Shown: positions 26,512-34,354, counted from the first letter of the stretch. The stretch: DNA of 64,000 nt from Pseudomonadota bacterium (GCA_023433515.1 JAEZCN010000191.1:214-64213), one strand, 5' to 3'. A program made the numbers and translations. Notes: generated by a model from the sequence alone, not told the origin.

Positions 26512-27912
26512 CTACTTCACCAGCGCCTTGAAGACTTCGGCGTTCTGCTCGATCAGATCACGAAGCTGGTAGTACTCGCCGCGCCTGTGCGAGTTCTTCA
26601 TGTAGATGACGATGTATTGCGGCTCGCCGGGCGCCTTGGACTTGTCCAGGTAGTCTGGGTCCGGCTTGATCGGCACGAGCACGCGGGAGTCGATCTTCGA
26701 TTCGTCGAGGATTTCGTAGCTCGCATCCGCCGCGCTCGCGCTCGGACTCAGGATGGCTTTCTGCTGCAGCCATGACACCGGCATCGTCAAGAGCTTCTGG
26801 TAGTTGGCGATGGGCTTGCGGTAGGAGTAGTCGAGAATCGGGTCGATACGCGCGCGGTTGGGTTGCTGGCCGGCGGCGGTGTATGCGCTCTCCTGCCTGC
26901 GCTGCTCGTCGGCCAGGCCGACCTGCAGGATGTCGATCTGCTTGCGCAGGAATTCTCCGCGGGTCACATAGGCGAATGGCAACTGGCCGCCGCGCGTGAA
27001 CCAATAGCTGTCGGTGTATTCGCCAGGAATATGGAAGTACCCGTTCGTCGCCCGCGGCAGGCCGTTCGCGAGCCAGTCGCTGCGCAGGCGGAAGAAGCCC
27101 AGTTTGGCGTCCTGGCTGGTGCCGTCGCCGTTCTCGCTGTTGGGGTCGAAGTCGGGGGGCAGGCTGAATGGGCCTTCACCCATGGAGTAATTGACGTTGA
27201 TGAACGCGTGAAAGCCGTAGTGGGTGTCCTTGAAGAACTTGCCGTTCGAATGGCAGCCGTACGGCAGGGAGCCCACGGCGTAGACCCACGGGCGCATGTA
27301 CGCGGGCTGCAAGGCAGTGACATCGACCGGCAGGCTGCCGCTGGCCTCGGTTTCAAACCCATTCGGCGCGAAGCCGGCGAACACCGGCTTGATCTTCGCG
27401 AGCACCGCCGCCGCGCCGGGCAGGCCTGGATTGAACGCGGGATCCTTGCGCGCGGCCCTGGTGCGGCCCACCGCATTCACATCGCAACTGGCCTGCATTT
27501 TCGCGAGCGGCACGGCGGGGCCGGAGGGAACTGGCTTGATGTCGGCGGGCAGGGCATGGACTGTCGGCGTGGCGGCCTGGGCTGGTGCCGCGTCAGTCAT
27601 CGCCGAACCGGGCGTCGCGTCCGTGTGCGGCACCACGTCGTCAGTCGCGGTGTTCTCCGGCTCATAGGTCTCGACCTTCGCGCCCTTCTTCTTGGCCGCG
27701 CGGATGCACTGCTCGTCGCCGAGGGCACACCGCACCACCTTTCGCGCGGCCTGGTCCGCCTTGTTCTCCACTTCTTCCGTCGCAGTGCGCTTGATCCTGT
27801 CCTTCAGCAGGTCGCCGAGGCTCTGCGCCTCAGCTACATGCGGCACGGCGCAGGCCAAGGTAGCTAGTACCAGCGTGGCGATGGAAGCGATCGTCGTATG
27901 GCGATTCATCAC
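26512..27912 (-). CDS. Uncharacterised exported protein, paralog A2 (has an extra ~95-aa N-terminal segment relative to A1)
   Basis: Signal peptide (M)MNRHTTIASIATLVLATLACAVPHVAEAQ. The track start at 27912 is GTG; the ATG at 27909 has better GGAGAC spacing. It shares GEYTD.YWFTRGGQLPFAYVTR.EFLRKQI and RRGEYYQLRDLIEQNAEVFK.LVK with A1. Confidence 0.75.
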   Translation of the reverse strand: MMNRHTTIASIATLVLATLACAVPHVAEAQSLGDLLKDRIKRTATEEVENKADQAARKVVRCALGDEQCIRAAKKKGAKVETYEPENTATDDVVPHTDATPGSAMTDAAPAQAATPTVHALPADIKPVPSGPAVPLAKMQASCDVNAVGRTRAARKDPAFNPGLPGAAAVLAKIKPVFAGFAPNGFETEASGSLPVDVTALQPAYMRPWVYAVGSLPYGCHSNGKFFKDTHYGFHAFINVNYSMGEGPFSLPPDFDPNSENGDGTSQDAKLGFFRLRSDWLANGLPRATNGYFHIPGEYTDSYWFTRGGQLPFAYVTRGEFLRKQIDILQVGLADEQRRQESAYTAAGQQPNRARIDPILDYSYRKPIANYQKLLTMPVSWLQQKAILSPSASAADASYEILDESKIDSRVLVPIKPDPDYLDKSKAPGEPQYIVIYMKNSHRRGEYYQLRDLIEQNAEVFKALVK

Positions 27913-27942
27913 GGTCTCCGGTTGTGAGGTGGTGCGGAAGGC

Positions 27943-29265
27943 TCAGTTGATCTTCTTCAAGATGCCCTTGAGAAATTTCTTGCCCTTGCTTTCCTTCTGA
28001 CCTTCCTCTTGCGCGGGTTCTTCGTCCGTGGTGTCGGCGTCGGCGCCGTACGAGTCGTCCGTGTCCATGCCCATGCCGCCGAAATCCATGCCGAGCATCG
28101 CGCCGGCGGTGGACTTGGTGCGGATGCGCACGTTCCACTCCGCATTCCACTTCTTCAGTTCTTCTGCAGCGGCGGGTCTCGGCGGCCACACCACGTGGGT
28201 CTCGGGGCCGTAGGCGATCATGCTCAGCATGCTCATTCCGCCCATGCCGCTTTCCGCGCCAGCTCCGTCGCGAGAGGCGAAGATGCCCTTCGGAATCGTG
28301 CAGCTCGTGGCGGTCGGCGGCAGCAGCACTTTCTCCTTCAGCCAGCGGTCGATGTACGAACCCGTCAGGTACTGCTGCAGTCCGTGCCCGGCGCCGGCGC
28401 TCTCGGCGCTGCTCCACAGCACCATGGTGTTCTGGCCCTGCATCGCGATCGCGTTGACGAAGTAGGCTCGTGCGCGATCGACGGTCTGCCAGTTCACCGC
28501 GATGGCATCGGTGAGCTGGCCCTTGGTGCTGAGCGCGATCTTCGGCATGAACTCCGCGTTTCGGCCCAGATCGAACTTCAGCGATTCCGGCACGCCGTTG
28601 CCGGTCATGCGATGGGATCCGGCGAGCAAGGCGCCGTTGGACACGCGCCGACCATCCTTCTTGTTAGGCCACACGGCATAGGCCGGAGTGGCGTCGACGT
28701 CGCGATCAGGTACGAACTTGCCCGGCGTCATGCTGCCGCTGGTCTGCATGGCGCCGCCCGACATCTTCATTTTGAATGTGGTCGGCTGGCCGGCACGCAC
28801 CTTGTCGCCGCAACCCCAGTATTCGAGGATGGTGATCTCGATATCGGGCACCTTTTGTGTGCCACCCTTCGTTTGGGGGGTGGGCTCCGGTGGAGGTGGC
28901 GGCGTCAGCAGCAGAGACTTGCCCAGCTTCAAGCCATCGGGAATCGCGAGCTGCGCCTCCACGCCAGGCTTGAGCTTGTTGTACAGCGCCACGTCGAGGT
29001 ATTGCCCGGACTGCCCCCCGCCGCCGGCATTACCGCGCGCGGTCGGATAACGCATCTCGTTGTTGGCTCCTCCCATCATCCGGCCGGCAAGGCCAGCCAT
29101 CGCGCCCATGTCGGGCATGCCGGAGCTATGCGTGGAAACGTCGATCCAGACCAGCGTTTCGGGGGTTTGCGCCTGGGCGGCGGCGGCAGTCAGGGCCGCC
29201 GAGGATGCGAAGGCAAGCGCGGTGGTCAACGGCGCGAGGCGCCGACGGTTGGGCGAGCGAGGCAT
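27943..29265 (-). CDS. Uncharacterised secreted protein with Met/Gly-rich segments and an acidic-then-basic tail (440 aa)
   Basis: The ATG at 29265 has an AGGAGAA SD. Signal peptide MPRSPNRRRLAPLTTALAFASSAALTAAAAQA. Met/Gly-rich segments: GMPDMGAMAGLAGRMMGG, GMGGMSMLSM, MLGMDFGGMGMD. Tail: DDSYGADADTTDEEPAQEEGQKESKGKKFLKGILKKIN. Confidence 0.7.
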   Translation of the reverse strand: MPRSPNRRRLAPLTTALAFASSAALTAAAAQAQTPETLVWIDVSTHSSGMPDMGAMAGLAGRMMGGANNEMRYPTARGNAGGGGQSGQYLDVALYNKLKPGVEAQLAIPDGLKLGKSLLLTPPPPPEPTPQTKGGTQKVPDIEITILEYWGCGDKVRAGQPTTFKMKMSGGAMQTSGSMTPGKFVPDRDVDATPAYAVWPNKKDGRRVSNGALLAGSHRMTGNGVPESLKFDLGRNAEFMPKIALSTKGQLTDAIAVNWQTVDRARAYFVNAIAMQGQNTMVLWSSAESAGAGHGLQQYLTGSYIDRWLKEKVLLPPTATSCTIPKGIFASRDGAGAESGMGGMSMLSMIAYGPETHVVWPPRPAAAEELKKWNAEWNVRIRTKSTAGAMLGMDFGGMGMDTDDSYGADADTTDEEPAQEEGQKESKGKKFLKGILKKIN

Positions 29266-29426
29266 GACGTTTCTCCTGTGCAGCGGCCACTTTCGGGGCC
29301 ACAGAGGAGTTATCGGGAAATGGCTCGCAGACCCGTCACGCTCATGGCGCAAGGTGCGGTTCGGGAGGAAGGATATGTAAGGAGCCGGAAGACTCGTTAC
29401 GGACTGACGTTCAGAACGCCTGGAAG

Positions 29427-29464
29427 AAAAAAGCCCCTCGCCGGTTTCCCGGCGAGGGGCTTTT
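29427..29464 (-). terminator. Rho-independent terminator, best on the minus strand; bidirectional architecture
   Basis: aaaaaa-gcccctcgccgg-tttc-ccggcgaggggc-tttt: a 12-bp stem. On the minus strand it is followed by TTTTTTCTTCC, 36 nt after the stop of the gene ending at 29500. Confidence 0.8.
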
Positions 29465-29499
29465 CATTCGACACGCAATGCGGCCCTGATTCTTCGAAA

Positions 29500-29838
29500 T
29501 CAGGCCACCGGCAAGTCCACCGACGCGGGCATCAGCCGGCGACGCTGCTCTTCCTGCACCTGCTCGAGCGACAGACGCGTCGCGGCTGCCACCGATTTCA
29601 GAACGGGATGCGATTCGGCACGCGGCAAGGTCAGGCCATGGGCCCGTTCCCACGCGCGAATTCTCGCGCTCGGGGCATTGGCGGTCGACGTCAGGTCGAG
29701 AAGCTCGGTCCTGCGGCGTTCATCCGCTGCCGCGCGCTCCTCGGCCAGTCGAACGCGGTACTCCGCGGGTAGTTCACCCGGGTTGAGAGGCGATACGGTC
29801 ATCGATGCTGGACTCCGATAATCATGGTACGTATTCAT
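29500..29838 (-). CDS. Hypothetical protein (112 aa), last gene of the RRM operon
   Basis: The ATG at 29838 overlaps the stop of the upstream gene (ATGA). Sequence includes RVRLAEERAAADERRRTELLDL...IRAWERAHGLTLPR. It is followed by the terminator. An alternative ATG at 29802 gives MTVSPLN. Confidence 0.55.
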   Translation of the reverse strand: MNTYHDYRSPASMTVSPLNPGELPAEYRVRLAEERAAADERRRTELLDLTSTANAPSARIRAWERAHGLTLPRAESHPVLKSVAAATRLSLEQVQEEQRRRLMPASVDLPVA

Positions 29839-30245
29839 TTACCCACCGCGATCGAGTATTCGATCTGCAAGTCGCAGAGCGTCTTGCCGTGGGGGCCGTG
29901 ACGTTCGCCAGAGCACCGGATGTGTCCTTCCGCATGGTCCGTGCCCTGTGCCGCGATGTCATCGACGTTCGCCGCGAGATTGAGCTCGCCGCTACAGCCC
30001 GCATACGGACACGGGTAGACGAAGTAGGCGCGCGCGGGTGGATGCAACACGATGGATTGCGGTGCCGGTGGTTTGGAAACCTCGTCATTGAATACGAGGT
30101 CGACCCGCAGCGTCGCGAACTGTGGGAACTGCACGCGCAATTCCTTCGCGGCCATGCGATCCCGGCGCTGCCTTTCGAGCCGCAGGTTTCGCGCCTTTTC
30201 AGGACTCAGGGCCGTCAGATTCTTCGCGCCGTTGCGCGGTCTCAT
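29835..30245 (-). CDS. Hypothetical basic/Cys-His-rich protein (136 aa)
   Basis: The ATG at 30245 overlaps the RRM gene stop (ATGA). Sequence: MRPRNGAKNLTALSPEKARNLRLERQRRDR...YPCPYAGCSGE...HAEGHIRCSGERHGPHGKTLC (CX4C...CX12C plus His residues). The rest of listed ORF 29835..30728 is an off-frame overlap of the RRM gene. Confidence 0.55.
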   Translation of the reverse strand: MRPRNGAKNLTALSPEKARNLRLERQRRDRMAAKELRVQFPQFATLRVDLVFNDEVSKPPAPQSIVLHPPARAYFVYPCPYAGCSGELNLAANVDDIAAQGTDHAEGHIRCSGERHGPHGKTLCDLQIEYSIAVGK

Positions 30246-30523
30246 CGGCGCCCGTACCCGCCGCCGCCGCCGCCACCGCGGGGTTTGTCCTGCGCCTCGT
30301 TGACCTTCAGCGGGCGGCCGCCAAAATCCTTGCCGTTGAGCGATTGCATGGCGCGCTGCGCGTCCGCGCCCGACATCTCCACGAACCCGAAGCCGCGCGG
30401 CTGTCCCGTGTCGCGGTCGTTGATCAGAGCGACCTTCTCGACGGTGCCGTGTGCGGCGAAAAGTTCGCGCACGCTGTCTTCCGTGGCGCTGAACGGCAGG
30501 TTTCCAACATAAAGCTTGGTCAA
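30242..30523 (-). CDS. RNA-binding protein with a single RRM (RNP-1/RNP-2) domain and a Gly-rich tail
   Basis: RNP-2 motif LYVGNL, RNP-1 motif RGFGFVEM, tail KPRGGGGGGGYGRR. The TTG start at 30523 lies 6 nt after GAGGAG and gives MTKLYVGNLPF. Confidence 0.9.
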   Translation of the reverse strand: MTKLYVGNLPFSATEDSVRELFAAHGTVEKVALINDRDTGQPRGFGFVEMSGADAQRAMQSLNGKDFGGRPLKVNEAQDKPRGGGGGGGYGRR

Positions 30524-30863
30524 GAGAAACTCCTCGAACGGTGATGTAGATAGCCGGCGCAAATGCGCCGCTCCGATGTGATTGCTTCAGGTGGCGGACT
30601 CGAGGCCGCAACGATGCGTCGGGCGACGCGCGAGCTGGAGCGAAACCGGCTCGGATCACAGGGGGTGCTAAAGGTACTTCAAAATGAGCGTTCCCGCTGG
30701 CTGAATTGCGTTTTTCCAGCGAAATCAACCAACCGGGCGGCGGCCTGCGGTACGGCGGACCGGGTGGGGCGTCCGCTCAGGATGTATGTGCGTTCTGCGA
30801 AGGAAATGCCTCCGTGAACAAATGTCACGGAAGCGCTCGAAAAACTCACGCATTGGTGCCGCG

Positions 30864-31496
30864 TTACGATCCGCCGCGCGTCACCGCACGGACCTTTCCT
30901 GTGCCTCCACCACCGCAGTAGAACGTATCTTTCCCATTCGACTCCAGTCCGGACACGTTGACGCTCGCAGGTAGTTCGACGCTCTCCAGCACCTCGCCGG
31001 ATTCCGGGTCCACGCGCCGCAACTCGCTCTCATCGCCTTCCCACGTCGCATGCCACAACTCGTTGCCGAGCCACGTGACCCCGGTGACGAAGCGATTGGA
31101 TTCGATCGTGCGCAGCACTTTGCCAGTTGCGGGATCCACCTGGTGGATCTTGCGTGCGCGATATTCGCCTACCCACAGCGAGCCCTCCGCCCACGCAAGT
31201 CCCGAGTCGCCACCATTGCCGGGCGCGGGGATGGTGGAGATCACCTTGCCGGTATCGGGGTCCACCTTCTGAATATGGCTTTCGGCAATCTGGTAAAGGT
31301 GCTTGCCGTCGAATGCCGTCCCCGCGTGAGCCTGCACGTCGAGCGAGCGCCGCACCTCGCCGGTAGTTGGATCGATGGCATTGAGCTTGTCGCCGCAGGC
31401 GGCCCACACATTCTTGCCGTCGAAGGTTACGCCGCCCACCTTGGTCCCTTCGGGAAAGGTGTATTCACGGACCACTTTGGCTGCGGATCTCTTCAC
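30864..31496 (-). CDS. Beta-propeller repeat protein (glutamine-cyclotransferase-like repeats)
   Basis: Four repeats of a (I/V)DPxTGxV motif: IDPTTGEVRRSL, VDPDTGKVISTI, VDPATGKVLRTI, VDPESGEVLESV. GTG start with a GAGGAGAG SD. Confidence 0.65.
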   Translation of the reverse strand: MKRSAAKVVREYTFPEGTKVGGVTFDGKNVWAACGDKLNAIDPTTGEVRRSLDVQAHAGTAFDGKHLYQIAESHIQKVDPDTGKVISTIPAPGNGGDSGLAWAEGSLWVGEYRARKIHQVDPATGKVLRTIESNRFVTGVTWLGNELWHATWEGDESELRRVDPESGEVLESVELPASVNVSGLESNGKDTFYCGGGGTGKVRAVTRGGS

Positions 31497-31529
31497 GTCG
31501 CTCTCCTCGAACCGTTGATGCTCACCATG

Positions 31530-32747
31530 CTAGACACCCGGCAGCGGGGCGGGGAGTAACAAGGTAGTCGCGATTCCGGGTAGCGGTGGAGTCATCCAGC
31601 GGCGCGAACGGCCCGCGCCATACGCCTGCACCTTTCCGGCCGCCGCGAGATCGTCGAGCGCGCGCTGCACGCTGCGTTGACTGGTGCCGAGCGCCAGCGC
31701 CAAGGCAGACGTGGGCCAGGACTCGCCATCCGCGAGAAACGCGAGCACGGCCGCGTGTTCTTCTTCCATCGGCCGCGCCAGCACGACGACCTGCCGCGCT
31801 TTCGGTTTCAGCACGAAGCCCGTCTTCGTGGCCTCGACGTCGGCAACGCCTTTAAGAACCTTTCGCAGCCGGCCCATTTCGACGCGCAGTCGCGCACGCA
31901 GTGACTCATCCGCGACCTCGATGCGGAACGCACGGCGCACGAGCTCGTCGCGTGCTACGTCGTCGGGCCAGGCCTCGGCCAATGCGCGGGCGAGCGTGAA
32001 AAGTACCGCGCGTCCCGCGAGCGCGATCACTTTACCGTCGGCACGCACGGCATACCGACACTCATCGAAGATCAGCGCCTTCGAAGCGAATGTGGCTTCG
32101 ACCTCTTCAAGTGTCACGACGCGTTTCTCCCCGCGCGCGAGCAGTCGGGCGGCGGGTGCATCGAGAATGCGTGCGACAGCTTCGACTTCGGCGACGAGCG
32201 CCGCAATGCCCGCCACGCGTGCAGCTTCCATCGCACGAGCCAACGCCGCGCGCGCGAGCCGGGTCCGGATTCGTCGAATGGCAATACCCGCGACGATGAG
32301 TGCGTGCGTGGCCTCGAGTGCCGGCGTCAATGCCGTGCGTTCGATCTCGATCAAGAGCGCATCGGCATCGTCGAGCCTGCCTATCAACAGCAATCGGCGG
32401 ATCTGTAGATAGCGCGCGTGCGCGGTGTTCAGCCGGTCGCCGTGTTGTTCGAGGATCTTTCGAGCGGCCTCCAATCGTTTCGGGGGCCACCCCAGATCGC
32501 GCGAGGCGAGCGAAAGCTCCGCCTCGGCAACGATGCACCGTGCACGGGCCACGGACTCCCTCGCGCCAAAGGCCCGCGCCGCCGCGCGCACCAGCTCCTT
32601 CGCACGCCGAAAGTCCCCGATCTGGGCCATCGCGATACCGCGCAGCGCCAGCGCCGGCGCATCCTTGCGCAACGCAATCCGGTTGAGCGCGCCGAGTGGG
32701 TCGCCGGCGGCCAGCGCGCGCGCCGCGGCGGTGATCAGCGAGTCCAT
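31530..32747 (-). CDS. Putative transcriptional regulator: helical N-terminal region, OmpR/PhoB-type winged helix, C-terminal HTH
   Basis: LVRRAFRIEVADESLRARLRVEMGRLRKVLKGVADVEATKTGFVLKP is trans_reg_C-like. WPTSALALALGTSQRSVQRALDDLAAAGKVQAYGAGRSRRW is HTH-like. Confidence 0.65.
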   Translation of the reverse strand: MDSLITAAARALAAGDPLGALNRIALRKDAPALALRGIAMAQIGDFRRAKELVRAAARAFGARESVARARCIVAEAELSLASRDLGWPPKRLEAARKILEQHGDRLNTAHARYLQIRRLLLIGRLDDADALLIEIERTALTPALEATHALIVAGIAIRRIRTRLARAALARAMEAARVAGIAALVAEVEAVARILDAPAARLLARGEKRVVTLEEVEATFASKALIFDECRYAVRADGKVIALAGRAVLFTLARALAEAWPDDVARDELVRRAFRIEVADESLRARLRVEMGRLRKVLKGVADVEATKTGFVLKPKARQVVVLARPMEEEHAAVLAFLADGESWPTSALALALGTSQRSVQRALDDLAAAGKVQAYGAGRSRRWMTPPLPGIATTLLLPAPLPGV

Positions 32748-32845
32748 CGTTGAACTACGTTGTTCCCAATCCCGACAAAGATGTCACTCCCGCTGCTCGC
32801 GCCCGGTACCCAAGAATGGCCGCCTCATCACCGGAGGAGCCCATC

Positions 32846-33628
32846 ATGACTCACGCAATCGGAACCCGCGAACAATGGCTGAAAGCCCGGCTCGAGCTGC
32901 TGCAGGCCGAGAAGGATCACGTGCGACAGGCGGACGAGCTCGCGCGCCGCCGCCAGGCGCTGCCCTGGGTGCGCGTCGAAAAGGACTATTCCTTCGAAGC
33001 CGAGCAGGGCAGGGTGTCCTTGAAGGACCTGTTCCGCGGGCGCTCGCAGCTCCTCGTTTATCACTTCATGTTCGGTCCGACTTGGTCGCAGGGCTGCCCG
33101 TCCTGTTCGGCAATCGCCGATGGCTTCGACGGCATCGCGGTGCATCTCGAGAACCACGACGTGTCGCTGACCGCGGTCTCGCGCGCGACGTTGGCGAAGC
33201 TGCTGGGCTTTCGCAAGCGCATGGGCTGGACCTTCCCGTGGGTGTCGGCCGCGGACGGTGCGTTCAACTTCGACTTCAACGTGTCGTTCACCGAAGAGCA
33301 GCAGCGCGCCGGCACCATCGAATACAACTACGCGCGCAACGCGCATGCGATGGACCAGATCGTGGAAGTGCATCCGGTGGTGGCGGCCATTGCAAGAGGA
33401 GTAGGCACCGACGCGGCCACCTACGGCCGCGACCGGCCCGGCATGAGCGCGTTCATCCAGCAGGACGGCGCTATCTACCACACGTACTCCACCTACGCGC
33501 GCGGCCTCGACCCGCTGTGGAACAAGTACCAGTGGCTGGATCGCGCGCCGCTGGGCCGCAACGAGGGTGGCATCTGGTGGAAGCGCCACGACGAGTACGC
33601 CGCGGCGGATCGCGCGAGCGTGGCGTGA
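32846..33628 (+). CDS. DUF899 thioredoxin-like family protein
   Basis: The ATG at 32846 follows GGAGGAG. Sequence: MTHAIGTREQWLKARLELLQAEKDH...LLVYHFMFGPTWSQGCPSCS...YHTYSTYARGLD, typical of DUF899. Confidence 0.85.
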   Translation: MTHAIGTREQWLKARLELLQAEKDHVRQADELARRRQALPWVRVEKDYSFEAEQGRVSLKDLFRGRSQLLVYHFMFGPTWSQGCPSCSAIADGFDGIAVHLENHDVSLTAVSRATLAKLLGFRKRMGWTFPWVSAADGAFNFDFNVSFTEEQQRAGTIEYNYARNAHAMDQIVEVHPVVAAIARGVGTDAATYGRDRPGMSAFIQQDGAIYHTYSTYARGLDPLWNKYQWLDRAPLGRNEGGIWWKRHDEYAAADRASVA

Positions 33629-33659
33629 ATCCGGATCTGGCGCGTTATCGACTCGGATC

Positions 33660-33866
33660 GGCCTGCGATGCGCCTGGTGCTGCGCACCACTCACCGCCGT
33701 CCTGCTGGTGGCCGGCGTCATGGATCTGCGCGCGATGGCGCTCGTGACGCTCGCCATCTGCGCGGAACGGTTGCTGCCCGACAGCATTCCCGCAGCGAGG
33801 GTTGTCGGTGCGATTCTGCTCTTGGTGGGCACCTGCGTGCTGCTCGATGCGGCGATACTGGCCTGA
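33660..33866 (+). pseudogene. C-terminal remnant of a DUF2182-type metal-binding membrane protein
   Basis: GLRCAWCCAPLTAVLLVAGVMDLRAMALVTLAICAERLLP matches the family's C-terminal CxxCC...GVM(D/N)L..MA motif as I remember it. The ~170 N-terminal residues are missing. The only in-frame start lies inside the DUF899 gene. Confidence 0.45.
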
Positions 33867-33976
33867 CCCCGGGTTCACGACGCATGCGCCAAGCCTGACT
33901 CTGGAAATATCTTTCCAGCGGGTGTCGAATCGGGCCCCCGCCATTCGACTGTGTAGTAGCTACCTAGGAGAAGCCC

Positions 33977-34354
33977 ATGTCCCGATATGTAGACGGATTC
34001 ATCCTGCCGATTCCGAAGAAGAAGCTCGCGCGCTACCGCCAAATCGCCCGAGTGGCCGCCAAGGTCTGGCGCGATCACGGAGCCCTCGAGTACGTCGAGT
34101 GTGTCGCCGACCAGCTCACCAGCAAGCAGGACGGCAAGACCTACACCTCCATCTTTCCGAAGCTCGCCAAGGTCAAGCCCGGCGAGGTGGTCGTGTTTTC
34201 CTGGATCACCTACAAGTCGAAGGCCGACAAGAATCGCATCATGAAGAAGGTGATGGCCGATCCGCGCCTCGCGGACATGATGAATCCCGCCAGCATGCCC
34301 TTCGACATGAAACGCATGGCCTGGGCCGGATTCAAGCCGATCGTCGAAGCGTAG
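33977..34354 (+). CDS. DUF1428 family protein
   Basis: MSRYVDGFILPIPKKKLARYRQIA...FSWITYKSKADKNRIMKKVMADPRL...MAWAGFKPIV. AGGAGAAG SD. Confidence 0.85.
   Translation: MSRYVDGFILPIPKKKLARYRQIARVAAKVWRDHGALEYVECVADQLTSKQDGKTYTSIFPKLAKVKPGEVVVFSWITYKSKADKNRIMKKVMADPRLADMMNPASMPFDMKRMAWAGFKPIVEA

Larger units (their letters stand above)
22788..27912 (-). repeat. Tandem segmental duplication of a two-gene (A-B) module: copy 1 = 22788..25195, copy 2 = 25216..27912
   Basis: There is DNA-level similarity, e.g. ttcaccagcgacttgaagacttccgcgttctgttcgatcaggtcacgcagctggtagtactcgccgcgcctg (24069...) versus the near-identical string at 26516... Protein-level colinearity holds for A1/A2 and B1/B2. Confidence 0.85.

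Noticed and set aside
29389-29412. ECF-like promoter guess (GAAC-N16-TCTT on the minus strand) upstream of the unknown operon
   Set aside because: The match is too short and degenerate, and it overlaps the flank of the upstream terminator. It cannot be supported without a motif derived from several promoters.
22722-29772. Long + strand ORFs 22722..24125, 25414..26775, 26863..27867 and 28009..29772
   Set aside because: All are antisense to the minus-strand operon, whose products have signal peptides, lipoboxes, SD sequences and paralog conservation. The + strand products are Arg/Gly/Ala/His junk.
29805-30512. 235-aa + strand ORF across the RRM locus
   Set aside because: The opposite strand encodes a textbook RRM protein plus two ORFs coupled to it by ATGA overlaps and a terminator. 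The + strand frame has no SD or motif.
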